Under the pieces are notes generated by a model. That model saw only the letters and a list, made by a program, of their open reading frames with translations. It was not told the DNA's origin and made no database searches. The position numbers and the translations under genes are program-made. DNA of 64,000 bases from Octopus sinensis. Taxonomy: Eukaryota. The stretch is from positions 36,518,001 through 36,582,000 of the forward strand of contig NC_043013.1 in the NCBI RefSeq assembly GCF_006345805.1, written 5' to 3'. Below are positions 38,714 to 52,800 of this stretch, piece after piece (position 1 is the stretch's first letter; the number at the start of each line of letters is the position of its first letter).

Positions 38714-38830
38714 AGAAGAAGAAGAAGAAGAAGAAGAAGAAGAAGAAGAAGAAGAAGAAGAAGAAGAAGAAGAAGAAGAAAAAGGAAGAGGAGAAGAGAA
38801 AGAACAAGAAAAGTGAGAAGAAAGAAAACG
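38590..38830. repeat. (GAA)n/(GAC)n purine-rich microsatellite
   Basis: Seen directly. Confidence 0.95.
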
Positions 38831-40151
38831 AAAGGAAGAACAAAGTAGATAGTGGTACAAAAGGAAGGCAGGAGTGAGACAAAAACTGTTATTAGATAAA
38901 AGATGTAACAATCTAACGCAGGTTATTTAAATTACTAGCAGCTGCCTATGGACGAATGGAGATAACTGTGGACCCTACCGTTTCTAGAAATTTCTAGATG
39001 AAAACTATTGTGAGGGAAAATAGAATGTTGTCAGAGTAATACTGATTAAGAGTAATTAATTATGCATGTGTAAGTAACAGAAGGTACGTGGCAAAGTGGT
39101 TAAACCACTGGATTCAGAATAAGGAATCATGACTTCACGGGTTCTTTTCCTGGACCAGACGACTTGTGTCCTTGAACAAGGAGCTTCATGTCATATGGCT
39201 TTAGAAGAATACTTGCCAAGCGCTGGTGCAATCCATTTCTGCGTTGACCTGTCACATCCTCGAGGTTCCGCTGTGTCAAAGGGTGGAATTGGAGAGAGGG
39301 TTTCCTATATCGACCCACAATTTCATATGATGCCTAAAAGAACCAGTGAAAACGTTGTAAATATTAGTTCCAAATTTTTCGTACAAGGTCAGCAATTTTT
39401 GGAGAGAGAGTAAGTCGATTGCATCTATCCCAGTACGCAACTGTTACTTATTTTATTGACCTCGAAACGAAGAAAGGCAAAGTTGACCTCAGTGGCATTT
39501 GAACTCAGAATGTAAAGACGGGCGAAATGCCGCTAAGCATTTTTCCTGGTGTGCTAACGATTCTGCCACCGCACTGCCTTAAACATTCTTAAATATTGAC
39601 TTCCAATTTTAGCACAAGGCCAGCAATTTCGATGGAGGGGTAAGTTGATTACATCGACCTTAGTATTTAACTTGTTACTTATCTTATTGACCATGAAAGG
39701 ATGACAGGCAAAGTCCAACTCGATGGAATTTGAACTCAGAAAATAAAGACTGACAAAGTGTTACTTAGCATTTTGTCAGGCCTGATGACGATTCTTCCTA
39801 CTAGCTATTGTATAGATCTGTAAATATTACAAAGTAACTCCCACTTGTGAATGATGGCAATTATTGATTAAAATATGTAGGATTAAAATACGGGTAAAGA
39901 ATATTGAATAATTTATATTACAGAATGTTAACTTCTCATCATAATCAAAAACGAATTTTTTGAAAATATATCTTAAAGAAATAAACATGTTTGAAAAATT
40001 TAAGCAAAAAGCAAATTTGGTTACGACATCATAAAGACTGCAGCCGCTAAAATGCAAGTGCTCTGAACAGCAACTGAACTATTGATTCACATCAACACCT
40101 CACCTTATCATGTGCATGCAGGTACCCAATATAATGAGTAGGAATCGCTGA

Positions 40152-40350
40152 GTGTTTTGTACTGCAGTCCACTGCCAAAGGGGCGAGAGCTTCCTGTCAA
40201 ACATCCTTTTCAAGAACTTGGTCCTAAGAATCAAGAAAAGAGCTGATGTCGCTCCCACAGCATTAACACCACATGACCTGAGATGACCAAGAGAAGCTTA
40301 AGATCTAGAAGACATCTTGAATTTATTTCAAGTCTCTTAACTTTCTCCTG
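40152..40350 (+). pseudogene. Tyrosine-recombinase (phage-integrase-like) C-terminal relic
   Basis: VFCTAVHCQRGESFLSNILFKNLVLRIKKRADVAPTALTPHDLR*, then in another frame HLEFISSLL. Resembles HxLR followed by I/VSxLLGH. Confidence 0.4.
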
Positions 40351-40683
40351 ATATCTTATGAAGTTTATGCGTCCTACATGCCACAAAACTTTAAGTCATA
40401 TGGAGCTGAGTCAAACTTATTAGAATTATATTCATATAACTCCTGGTAAATATGTCGAGAGCCAATTCCTTTCGTTTGTGCACTCACTTGCATGTGTGCA
40501 CATGCACACATGTATGCATATGAAAACGAATAGAAATAAGAACAGATATACAAATGGTTGTGAAAATGCTTTCATATACGTTTGTATATGTATGAACACA
40601 GAATGCTAAATTGATATATCGTGTGTGTATGTATATATGGATACACACACATACGTATATAAGTATATATATGTACTGACGTA

Positions 40684-40725
<42 letters not shown>

Positions 40726-41989
40726 ATGTGTATATGTACGTATGTATGTTTAAAGGTATTGAAATGGAAATATAAAGTAGAAGTGTGATAGCATATGCAC
40801 CTATACTCTCTTATATATGTTGAAACATACAAATAGCTATAGAAACTTATAAAATATTTAATATAATATTTTATGTTACATATACGTAATATAACATGCA
40901 AATGGTTATATATTTCAGCAGATATGCATATAAAAGTTTATGTAGGTACATGAATATATACATTCACATCCTAAAAGTCTGTGAATACATATGAATATTT
41001 ATATTGACATAGACATACATAAGTAGGTCTAACATGTCCGTATTTGTTAAATGTGCATAAGTAGAACTACTTATATATCAGAAACAAGTTTACAATGGTA
41101 TAACTAAATGATATAGCTACCTTGGTTAAGATATGCATACATATAGCATGTGAGCATATATATTCTATCCACTCATAAACATGAAATTTTTACAAATAAA
41201 AACGTATTACACACTGTTGAAATAGTCCATGAATGCTACAAGCAGTGTGTGAGTGATTGTAGTAGGTACAATAATAGACATTGGGTAATAAATGTAAAAA
41301 TATCACTAATAAGTGTAGAGTGTGATTCAGAAATAAAAAATAGTAATACTTAAGTATATACATTGATGTGTATGTTTAAAGTGGTGTTGATATTGGTGAA
41401 GCTAAAAGAGTAAGGTTTATAAAAAAGTGTGATTTAAAAGCATGATACTGCTAAGAGTAATTATAATATGCTTTTTTGCAAGATATATAGTTTATTGGAA
41501 ATCATTGCAAGTCTTAATCATTTGATGACAATATGGTGCAAGAGTGGCTGTGTGGTAAGTAGCTTGCTTACCAACTACATGGTTCTGGGTTTATTCCCAC
41601 TGTGTGGCACATTGGGCAAGTGTCTTCTACTATAGCCTCGGGCCGACCAAAGCCTTGTGAGTGGATTTGGTAGACAGAAACTGAAAAACGCCTGTCATAT
41701 ATATATAGATATGTATATATGTATGTGTGTGTATATGTTTGTTGTCTGTGCTTGTCCCCCCAACATCGCTTGACAACCGATGCTGGTATGGTCACGTACC
41801 CTGTAACTTAGCAGTTCGGCAAAAGAGACCAATAGAATAAGTACTAGGCTTACAAAGAATAAATCCTGGGGTCGATTTGCCCGAATAAAGGCAGTGCTCC
41901 AACATGGCCGCAGTCAAATGACTGAAACAAGTAAAAAAAGAGTATATGAGTCGTCTTCTTTTGAGTTTTTGTTTAAGGTTGCTGTTTAG

Positions 41990-43700
41990 AGGAAAATGAT
42001 TTCATAGCTTTCAGTTGTACAAAGTTTGCATGGTTTATGGTTATCTGCAAAAGATTTTAAGTGAGAAGTTTGCTTTTATTCTTGAACTCACATGTGAAAG
42101 TGTAAAATGAAATGAAACTATTTTTGATAAAGGTTTCAAAAGGAATTAGTGTCCTGGTTGAAACAGAACTTGAAATGGTTAGTGGTAAAGTTAATTTAGG
42201 TTTTAATGGAATTACCAGTATATGCATCACATTGTTACAGTGTCTTTAACTAGGGGGTTAGAATTAAGAAGATAGGTATTTGGATTGATGTAATTGGAAA
42301 TATTTGAACTTAGACAGGTTCTAATCTAGACTGGATGCTACATTGGAAGAACCTAAGACTTGAACAAAATTAAATGTGGTGGGACCCAAGAGTTTAGTAG
42401 AGATTAATGCTACAATGATATTCATGTGAAGTAAAGTAACAAAAAAAAAACAATTAGCTATGGAAGAAGGTTAAACGGAGAATTGAACCCATGAATGTTT
42501 ATTTTCTTTTTGATGTCTGACAGTTCTAGAAGTTTCTTCTGCATATACAATTTTTTTCTTTAAATTCTCTTCTAGGAGAGTGTATTTGGATAATTGTTAA
42601 TCATTTGTTGCTTAAAGAAGTGAAAATTTTTTAGTAAATTTTATCTAGGGTAGTTAGATAGTTTGTGAATGTAGTTTAACTAGGTTTATGATGTGTGAAG
42701 TGTGAAGAACTGGTTAAATTAAGCGATAAAAATCTAAACAACAGTGGTATGTTTGTTTCTACATCAATCAGTTACTCTTTACTCTTTTTACTCTTTCATT
42801 TGTTTCAGTCAGTTGACTGTGGCCATGCTGGAGCACCACCTTTAGTCAAGCAAATCGACTCCAGGACTTATTCTTTGTAAGCCTAGTACTTATTCTATCG
42901 GTCTCTTTTGCTGAACCGCTAAGTTACGGGGACATAAACACAGCAGCATCGGTTGTCAAGCGATGTTGGGAGGACAAACACAGGCACAGAAACATATACA
43001 CACACACACATGCATACATATATATATGCATTCCAGCATTTTTGAAGAAGATGAGTGCATTTTCATAAATTGGGGCTTCTAGCATCAAAACAGTTATTGC
43101 TATAAAATCTACCATTAATAGAGTGAAATTTAGTTTTTAATTTCATTTGAATAAACCAATAAGATAACTAAAGATCTTTTTGGTTACATCAGTATCCATA
43201 TCAAGTTGCTAAAATATTCTATTATTTCATGTGCTTGTAATCTTATGAATTTCAGAATTCTTAATGTTGGTATCTCATTTTGCAAAATGTAAGGTTCCTA
43301 TGAGTAGTGTTTTGGTAACAGTATTTCATGTCAAATTCTAAGAATAAACTTAACCAATTAATTGTTACTTAGGTAACGATACCACTTGTTGAAACTATAG
43401 AAAACTTTTTGCCTAGTATGTATTTGTAAATTATCCAGATATCTGATTTAACAGGATTGCTTAATCAAATTGTGTTTTGGATGTAGGTTATCTTTATGAT
43501 CATTAACTGTAAGCTAAGGTATCTTCGATGCTCAAAGTATTTCATTGGATTTTCTTATAGACACTTGTAACTAAGTGGAAATGCATCAATCTCAGATGAT
43601 ATTCATTTCTGTTTCTGTTTTTTTTTTGATATGACAGTTTTAGCTTTGTTAAAGTCCGCAAAATATTCTTTACTCATTTTTATGATTAATTCAGACTGGA
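41990..43700 (-). mobile_element. Heavily decayed Penelope-like element, interrupted by a SINE at 42770-43020
   Basis: VYAEETSRTVRHQKENKH at 42489-42548 resembles YIGETxRTxxxRxKEH. The remainder is AT-rich with only weak RT-like traces. Confidence 0.35.
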
Positions 43701-43763
43701 AATGCTTATTCATTTTTCAGAATATAATTTTTGTTATACCAAATAATAGTAATAATAATAATG

Positions 43764-43803
<40 letters not shown>

Positions 43804-44152
43804 CAACAACAACGACGAGGACAATAATGATGATGATGATGATAACAACAACAACGACAATGATGATGATGATGATAATAATAATGATAATAATGATAAC
43901 TTCTACTATAGGCACAAGGCCTGAAATTTTGTAGGAGGGGACTAGTCAGTTACATCAACACCAGTGTTTTAACCCTAAAAAGGAAGAAAGGTAAAGTTGA
44001 CCTCGGTGGAATTTGAACTTAGAATGTAGCGATAAACGAAATGCCACTATGCATTTTGCCTGGAGTGCTAACGAGTCTGCCAGCTCACTGCCTTGATAAT
44101 AATACTAATAATAGAAGTAATAATAATGATAATAATAATAATAATAATAATG

Positions 44153-44203
<51 letters not shown>

Positions 44204-44419
44204 TTATAATAATAATAATATTGACTTCAAATTTTGGCACAAGGCCAGCAAATTTGGGGTGGAATTAACCTGATTACATACACCCCAATGCTCAATTGTT
44301 ACTTATTTTATCAGTCCTGAAAGAATAAAAGGCAAAGTCATTCTCAGCAGAATTTCAACTCAGAATCTAAAGACAGATGAAATGCCGCCAAGCATTTCAC
44401 CCAGCATGCTAATGGAACA

Positions 44420-46500
44420 TTTCAGAAGATATAAACTCCTTGAACAGTGTAGTGATAATACTTGCCAGAAAAAGAAATGGAGGACTTAAGAATGAATGGA
44501 AATTTGAAAAAGTTAGGAAGAAGTATGGTGGAGATACAAAAGCTTGAATGTTGTAAGTCAAGAACTGAAGTAGCACATACTTGCCAAAAAAGCAAAGCTA
44601 ACAAGGTTTCAGCAATGGATTAAGTAATACCGACGAAACAAATTGTTAAGAAGCAAGAGATTAATGATGATAAAAAATGGGTAAGATTACTCGCTGATGC
44701 TGATGAAAGTCAAGATATGGAGTAAACAAGAACAACATAAAACTACAGTTGAATGGCTCTACAGCCTGAAGCAAATAGCTTCTTATCCCCAGCAAGAGGC
44801 TATCCACCTCACAATATATGAGTAAAAAGATAAGCAACTGGAAAGCAGCAGGACCTGATGGTGTATGGGGATTTTGGATAAAAAATGGTTCAGTAGCTGA
44901 TATAAATTGATCACAGAACAATTTAATGCATTGGTCAATTAATGGAGAGGAAGAAATCCTGGGCTGATTGATAAAAGGACAAATGTTGTTGTGTCCGAAG
45001 AACAGTGTTGTGTCTGGACAAACGGTGTTGTGTCTGAAGAATGCTGCTGACAATAACAGATCAGTTTCTTGCCTCTCATTAATGTGGAAATTACTGCCAG
45101 GAGGAATTACAGAAGAACTGTACAAATTCCTTGATGAGAACAATATATTACCAATGGAACAAAAAGAAGGAGATGCAGAGGTACCAAAGATCAATTATTG
45201 ATAGATAGAATGGTAATGTAAGATTGTAAACGAAGGAGAACACATTTGGGAATGGCCTAGATTGACTATCGCAAAACTTATGATATGATTCCACATTCAT
45301 GGATCATTGAGTGCTTAGATCTGTGAGGAATTGCGAGGAATGTAATGTGTTTCCTGAAGAGACATCTGATGGGAAAAGCTTGGGCACCCTGGGGATCATA
45401 AGAGGAATTTTCCAGAGTGATAGTTTATCCCCGTTACGTTTTGTTCTCTGCATTATATCCCTGACCTTGGTACTTAGGAAAATGAACCTGGGGTACCAAC
45501 TAAAGGCAAATTCCCAAACAACTAACTGTCTCCATGGATGATTTGAAACTGTGTAGCAAGGATGAGACATTAAAGAAGTTGAGAAGTTATTTAAGTACAA
45601 AGACCTAGAAATAGAAGTGACCAAGTTGTGGGGAATGAAAAGCAGCACAGCACCAGTGGGGATTGGAGCATTAGGGCTAATTAAAAAGGGCCTTGATAAG
45701 CAGCTCAAAAAATTCCCTTGCAGTGTTAATGTGGGAGAACTTCAGAAAATAGTGTTGCTAGGTTCCGCACACATTTTACGCCATGTACTCTCCATGAGAT
45801 GAGGACCTGCTGTGACCCTACTCTTTGTAATACCGCCATGGCCAATTTTATGAAATAAAGACTGAGACACGAGTGACTTCCTTGGCGAGCACAGTCCACT
45901 GTTTTAGTACTGATATTGGAATAGAATTTGGACTCAAGAAGGGCAGGATAATCTACCTAAAAAGAGGCAAGGTACAGTCCCTAGCAGGGATAAAATTACC
46001 AAGTAGAGACTTGATTAAACAAATTGAAACAGAAGGCTACAAATACTTTAGTGTACTAAAGTTCAACGAGATAATGGAAAAAGGAAATGAAAGAGCAACT
46101 GAGGGTGGAGTATTCTCAAGACTAAGGCTGGTGTTGCATTCAAAATTGAATGGATGGAATAAAATGCAAGCAGTTAATACATGAGCGATGGTATAGAATG
46201 TAAATTATAAGATGGCAAAGGAGAGAAGTGATTAAAATGAAAACTAAAACCAGACAAAATGCTCAAAGTACAAGGAGTCTTCCACCTTAAAAGAGACACT
46301 GATAGGCTGTACTTGTCCAGAAGAAAGGGTGGCAGAGGTTTGATCAGTTGCCAAGACTATATCAAAGCAGAAGAAAAAAGCTTTAGGTGGTATATAAAAA
46401 ATGCCGTGGAGCTATTGTCAAAACATACAAAGAAGGCCGGTGCCATCAAAACTGAAAATTGTGTAATGATGTACGATAGCTGACTCTGTAGTACATCTCT
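44420..46500 (+). mobile_element. R4/Dong-like non-LTR retrotransposon relic (RT plus displaced C-terminal/REL end)
   Basis: WKAAGPDGVWGFWIK; [32 protein letters not shown]; AxIDYRKTYDMIPHSWI; RGIFQSDSLSPLRFVL; MDDLKL; FSTDIGIEFGLKK; RLVLHSKLNGWNKMQAVNT; DTDRLYLSRRKGGRGLISC; KYKDLEIEVTKLWGMKS..PVGIGALG..LQKIVLLGSAHILRHVL. Confidence 0.85.
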
Positions 46501-46523
46501 AGTGTTAGAAGCTGTGCAAAGGC

Positions 46524-46567
<44 letters not shown>

Positions 46568-46569
<2 letters not shown>

Positions 46570-47112
46570 CAGTACCAGGCAATGGCTTTCATGGCTTCTG
46601 ATCTTAACTGATTGGAAGTGTTATCATGTACATTGTTTGTCTTGGTATAAAAGATGGGCTACAGCAAATATTCTGCTCAATACCACAGATTTGCTTGTCA
46701 GTTGTTTGACCTTAACCAGTTGAGTATGTCCCTTAGTGGCTGACGATATGTGCATCTCTGATCACGAGCAGAAGTAGTGGGGGAGCATCATAGCCATGTG
46801 TTGAGAGGGATTCTTTGGGGTTTGAATAATTCACCTCTGGAAACATGGGTGTTCTTTAACATCCTTAAACAACCCTTATTCAGGGGACCTTTTGAGCGGG
46901 ATGGGCTACTCAACCTGAAGAAAATTCTAACTGGGCCCCCCTGCAAGGTCATGTGCTGTTTATCTTGATATGAGATCACCATGTCGCACATATGGTTGTG
47001 GTGATGCATGTGCCTGGTGTACCTTTATCAGACGGGTAGTCATGATGGGTTATATTGGGCTTCATATATTTTACCCCAGTGTCACATTGATGGCATGAAC
47101 TGCTCTCTCACT
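46568..47112. mobile_element. ~550-bp (AAT)n-flanked interspersed repeat, copy 2
   Basis: Colinear with 13867-14421. Confidence 0.85.
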
Positions 47113-47139
47113 CAATAATAATAATAATAATGGATGATG

Positions 47140-47186
<47 letters not shown>

Positions 47187-47257
47187 TACAATAATGATGA
47201 TAATAATAATAATAAGTAATAATAATGATAATAATAATAATAATAATAATAATGATG

Positions 47258-47311
<54 letters not shown>

Positions 47312-47405
47312 CAATAATGATGATAATAATAATAATAATAATAATAATAATATAATAATAATAATAATAATACTAACTGATGTAATAATAATAATAATAA
47401 TAATG

Positions 47406-47445
<40 letters not shown>

Positions 47446-47513
47446 TGATAATAATAATAATAATAATAATGATAATAATAATAATAATTAATAATAATAA
47501 TAATAATAATGAT

Positions 47514-47566
<53 letters not shown>

Positions 47567-47583
47567 GTAATAATAATAATAAT
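47113..47583. repeat. ~470-bp (AAT)n microsatellite
   Basis: Seen directly. Confidence 0.95.
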
Positions 47584-48009
47584 AGATTGTCTTGAAAAGT
47601 GGGAAGAGATTGTTTATTGCTGGGTACTATGGGGGTTTGAACTTATATTCAGAATCAATATATTCTGTTGTCTTTCTTTCTGCTTTTCATTGACAAAAAG
47701 CATGAGACTCCTTTTGATAAAGCTTTTAGTCTTTTGTATAAAACATTTAAAATACGTTTCTCCAAGTGGAAAAGGAGATGTTTTAGACAGAGAGAGAGAG
47801 AGAGAGATCAGTATGTTGTTGAAGAATTTTAAATTTGTGACCATTCAAAGATTCAAATTGAAGGAGATAAATATTTACACGTATTTGTTCATGGAAACAA
47901 AAGCAACGATGATTTCTTCAGATTTCTTCAAATTTCTTCAAACAATATTGAAAATTGTAAGCTGTCTCTCTCTCTATCTATCTATTTATCTCTCTCTCCT
48001 TCTCTCTTG

Positions 48010-48049
<40 letters not shown>

Positions 48050-48938
48050 GTATATCTCACTAAATCTAAGTCTCTCAAGTATGTATCATTTAACGTTCTT
48101 TATTTTTTGCTTGTTTCAAATGTTGGATAGCGGCCATGCTGAAGCATTGCCTTGAAGGAACTTAGTTGAACCAATCAATGCCACAACCCATTTTTTTCAA
48201 AGTCTGGTATATATTCTGTTTGGTCTCTTTTGCCAAAGAATTAAATAATGGAATCAAACCAACACTATTTGCCAATTGGTGGGAGGACAGTCACAAACAC
48301 AAACAGATACACACACACATATATGATGGGCTCAACCGAAATCCAGAATTCGGTTGAGCATTCTGTATCTAGTTCTGGAAATTGTGTTTTGTAAACGACA
48401 GACTATGCTGATGATCTTGCAGATGTTTGCATATCTATATATGTAAATATTAACAAGTGAAACCAATTGGTACATAGGTAATCGTTTTTCATTTCATATA
48501 TTTTCATGTGTCTTGCTTATTTTTACACTTTGGTTTTTTGCTGAGATTTTTCTTGAGAACACATTCTTCGTGGTAAATGGTGATTTGACGTCTATGTTTA
48601 GCATATAGGCTGTCCACTTTTAGTGTTCAGTCCTCTAAATTTTGTATATATATATTTTTCTAGTCTTTTACTCTTTTATTGTTTCAGTCATTTGACTGCA
48701 GCCATGCTGGAGCACCACCTTGAAGGTTTTTTTTTTTGACAAAGAAATCGACCCCCAGGACTTATTCTTTGTAAGCCTAGTACTTTTCTATCGGTCACTT
48801 TTGCTGAACTGCTAAGTTACAGGGGACATAAACACACCAACATCAGTTGTCAAGCAATGGTGAGAAGACAAACACAGACACACACACACACATGCGCACA
48901 CATGCACACACACACAACACACACATACAAATATATGC

Positions 48939-48981
<43 letters not shown>

Positions 48982-49758
48982 ACGGGCTTCTTTTAGTTTC
49001 TGTCTACCGAATCCACTCACAAGTAGAAGACACTTGCCCAAGGTGCCATGCTGTGGGACTGAACCCGGAACTATGTCATTGGGAAGCAAGCTTCCTAGAA
49101 CATAGCCATGGATGCACCTATATATATATATATCTATATACATATATACACACACTTGTGTGTGTATTTTATGCCTGTAAACAAATACATAAATACATAA
49201 CACATTCTCACCTTTGTCTACCTGTTCATGACTGTGTATTTTTCTCTTTAATCACCATTTCTGTGTCTCCTTCCTCTTTCACAGAATCCCCTGTCACTCT
49301 TTCTGATTATCACATAGCAACCCCTTTGCTGCTTCTCTCTCTCTCTCTCTCTCTCCTCTCTCTTTCTCTCTCTCCCTGTTTCTTACCATAATCATCCATT
49401 CATACTTACTGTCGGTCCAATCTCATTTCTCTCTTTCAAAATTTACTCTCTCTCTTTCTCTCTACTGTATTTCTTCATTTCTCTCAATTTCCCTCCCTCT
49501 CTCTCTCATTCACCTTCACCCTCTTTAATTAACTCTACCTACTACTTTTTATACATACATACATACATACATACATACATACATACGTACGTACGTACAG
49601 TTTCTTACTCTCTTTTGTGCTCCCTTCCTTACAAACTCCCCTTCATCAAGATCCCTTTCTATAGATGCATTTAGCAAGATGCAGGCCATTTTAAAAAGGG
49701 ACACTTAATTATATAAACACACAGACACATACATCTATATTTATATACATATACTTAT

Positions 49759-49803
<45 letters not shown>

Positions 49804-49929
49804 ATCTGTGTGTGTGTACATATATATATGTATGTATGTATGTATATACATATGTATGTATATATTACGTGAAATTTCAATCACTAGCACAAATACGTGT
49901 ATGTACATACTTGGGTACTTATACACACA

Positions 49930-49968
<39 letters not shown>

Positions 49969-50142
49969 CCTTACTCTCCCTCATAAGCACGGTGTATCAT
50001 ACATATACATAAGTAAATCACACATAGCTGTTTAGATATTTAATCAACCTTCTGAAAAGAATAACATATAAATACACATGTTCTCAGAATATAGTTATAG
50101 ACCTCTCTCTCTCTCTCTCTGTTTGCGTGTGTGTGTGCATGC

Positions 50143-50178
<36 letters not shown>

Positions 50179-50696
50179 GTATATATATATATATACATAC
50201 ATACACACGCACACATGCACAAGCCCATCAACATAGACTATAGAAAGATAATTATAACACACAGAGCGTCTGAAATAAAATTTCAGAAAGAAAAACTGTT
50301 ATAGCTTCAATGATATATATTTATAAACAAATCCTTTCTCTTCTGGATTCAGTTTTAAATAGATAATTAATATTTTGAGGACATTTTCAAAAGGTGTATG
50401 TTTGACTTCTTTCCCAGTAGCCATCTGACTCATATTATGTACGTTATGATATGTATGTATGTATGCACATATGTATGTATGTATACACACTCACATAAAT
50501 ATGTATATATATGTATATATACACATATAATTATTATATATATATATATGTGTGTGTTTGTCTGTGTGTGTATGTATTTATAATATATAATATAGTCTTA
50601 TATATATATATATATTATATATATTTATGTACAACTATTACACAAATGTATATAAATACCCAAAGACACTTATATATATATATATGTGTGTGTGTG

Positions 50697-50732
<36 letters not shown>

Positions 50733-51016
50733 CATATATATACATATATGTATATATACATACATACATACATATGTATATGTATACATGTATGCATATG
50801 TATATCATAGATGTAGATTTACATACAATATAATTATATACATATTATGTTTGTATATCATATACATATATATATATGTCTATATTGTAGTTATATGTGT
50901 GTGTACATATATACATATAAATATATTGTATATAATCATATAATATATATATATATATTTATATTTATATATATATATATATATAGAATATATATATATA
51001 TATATATATATAATAT

Positions 51017-51060
<44 letters not shown>

Positions 51061-52429
51061 ACATAACATACACACTGATATCTGAGTGCATAGAGTAAAC
51101 ATGTGTGCATGTTTCCAAGTATACACCAAAATTATGTCTTGTATATATATAAATAATTGGAATGGATCGCTGCTCACCTGCACAAGACAGTGGAATGTTC
51201 CTATTTATTCTAATTATCTATACATAATTTAATTTTAACACAGTGTTCAGTGTGTACACATTCATAGAAATATATTGGAAATGTAACTGTCTCACTGCTT
51301 GTGTGTATATGTATATGCACAGTTTGTATGTATACATGCATCCGTTAGAGTGTGTATAGGTGTAGGGCTGGAGCAGAAGGAAGATTGGATGGAACAAGGG
51401 GACATAAGAAAAGAGAATCAAAACAATTTTACATGTACATATTTATATCTATGTGTAATTGTCTAACTGTGAATCTCTTTACTTTCACTTTCTCTTTCTC
51501 TGTCATGTCTTTATCTTTCTTTCTCTTACTTACAGCTCGCTGGCTGTCTTTATCTCTCACCATCTCTCTCTTTCAGATTCTTTGGCTCACTCTTTCTCTG
51601 TATTTCATTTCTCTCTCTTTCTCTCTCACTCTCTCTGGTAAAATGTTTGTAATGTAGGTATTTGTGTATTTATATGTATTTATATATATATATAAGGTTC
51701 TTTGTAGCACTATTTGTGTAACACTATACATGTGCTTGTATGAGTGTGAATATACACAGAAACATATAAACAAATGCACATTCAGACATGTACACACACA
51801 ACCACACATACATGCATACAACATCATACTTTCCTTATATATACATACATGTGTGTGTGTGTGTGTCTGTCTGTCTGTGTATGCCAGAGAGGGAACAAAT
51901 GAAACAAAGTAGTACTCAACACATTTGCTTGGAGTTACGTGTATTTAACAAAAGTTTGCCTTAGCCCCACATTGCTTAAAGTTTCGTTGATTGTGTAATA
52001 CATGTCCATTTCATCATATACTACATTCATACATATATGGCAGTTGATTTCATTTTCATGTTCAATCACATGTGATTCAAGTGCCTATCATGCATGAAGG
52101 CTCCATTTTGAATCAATCAAGGTCAAGTGTTCACGTGATAATTCTAGAGAATTCTTGCAGCTATGGCTTTATAAGAAACCATTTTGGTGTGATTAGCCAG
52201 AGCAAGTTTGGATTTTCCTCACTTCTGTCCTAGATAAATTCTCCTCTCAAGCTGTTTTCACAGCTACATGCTCAAACCAGCATCTACCAAATCCACTTAC
52301 AAGATTTTGTTCAGTCTGAGGCTATAACAGAACCATTTGCCCAATGTGCCATGCAGTGGGACTGAACCCAGAACCTTGGGGTTTGGAAGCAAGCTTATAT
52401 AGTTCTTATCTTCAACCACTATATATGCC

Positions 52430-52800
52430 TATTCAGCACTGTGGCATTTCACCTCTCCTGGATACTAAAGGAAGACTTATGGTTGTTAGATCTATTCTTG
52501 AATGGACCCTTTGTCTTGCTCACATACATCCTCATGTCTGCTTGCAGAGTCCTGTGACATCACTTCCTATACAGAAGTACTTGTGTTGTACTGACCACCA
52601 AGCAGACATGTGGTGCTGCCTCTGCATGTGGCCCGCCTACTACTATTTTCTTTACACTAGGTGCACAGCTAGAAGAAAATCTTGACCATTTACTTGCACC
52701 TGGAATGTTCCTTGCCCTTTAGATGCAGCCCCAAGTAAAGATGTCATTGCTACGGAAAACCAGTGGTAGTCCATGCATCAAGGTTCCACTCTGTCCACTT
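52430..52800 (-). mobile_element. Penelope-like GIY-YIG relic
   Basis: MYVSKTKGPFKNRSNNHKSSFSIQER*NATVL at 52529-52452 resembles YIGxTEGxFKxRYNNHKSSF. Confidence 0.55.

Noticed and set aside
40104-40223. Minus-strand candidate exon (EALAPLAVDCSTKHSAIPTHYIGYLHAHDK) with a gtgagg donor
   Set aside because: The strong acceptor puts a TGA in that frame, and the opposite strand is better explained as a recombinase relic. Not excluded, but unsupported.
48383-48440. Isolated DYADDLA, an RT-like motif
   Set aside because: No other RT motifs are recognisable nearby; it may be chance or a tiny relic.
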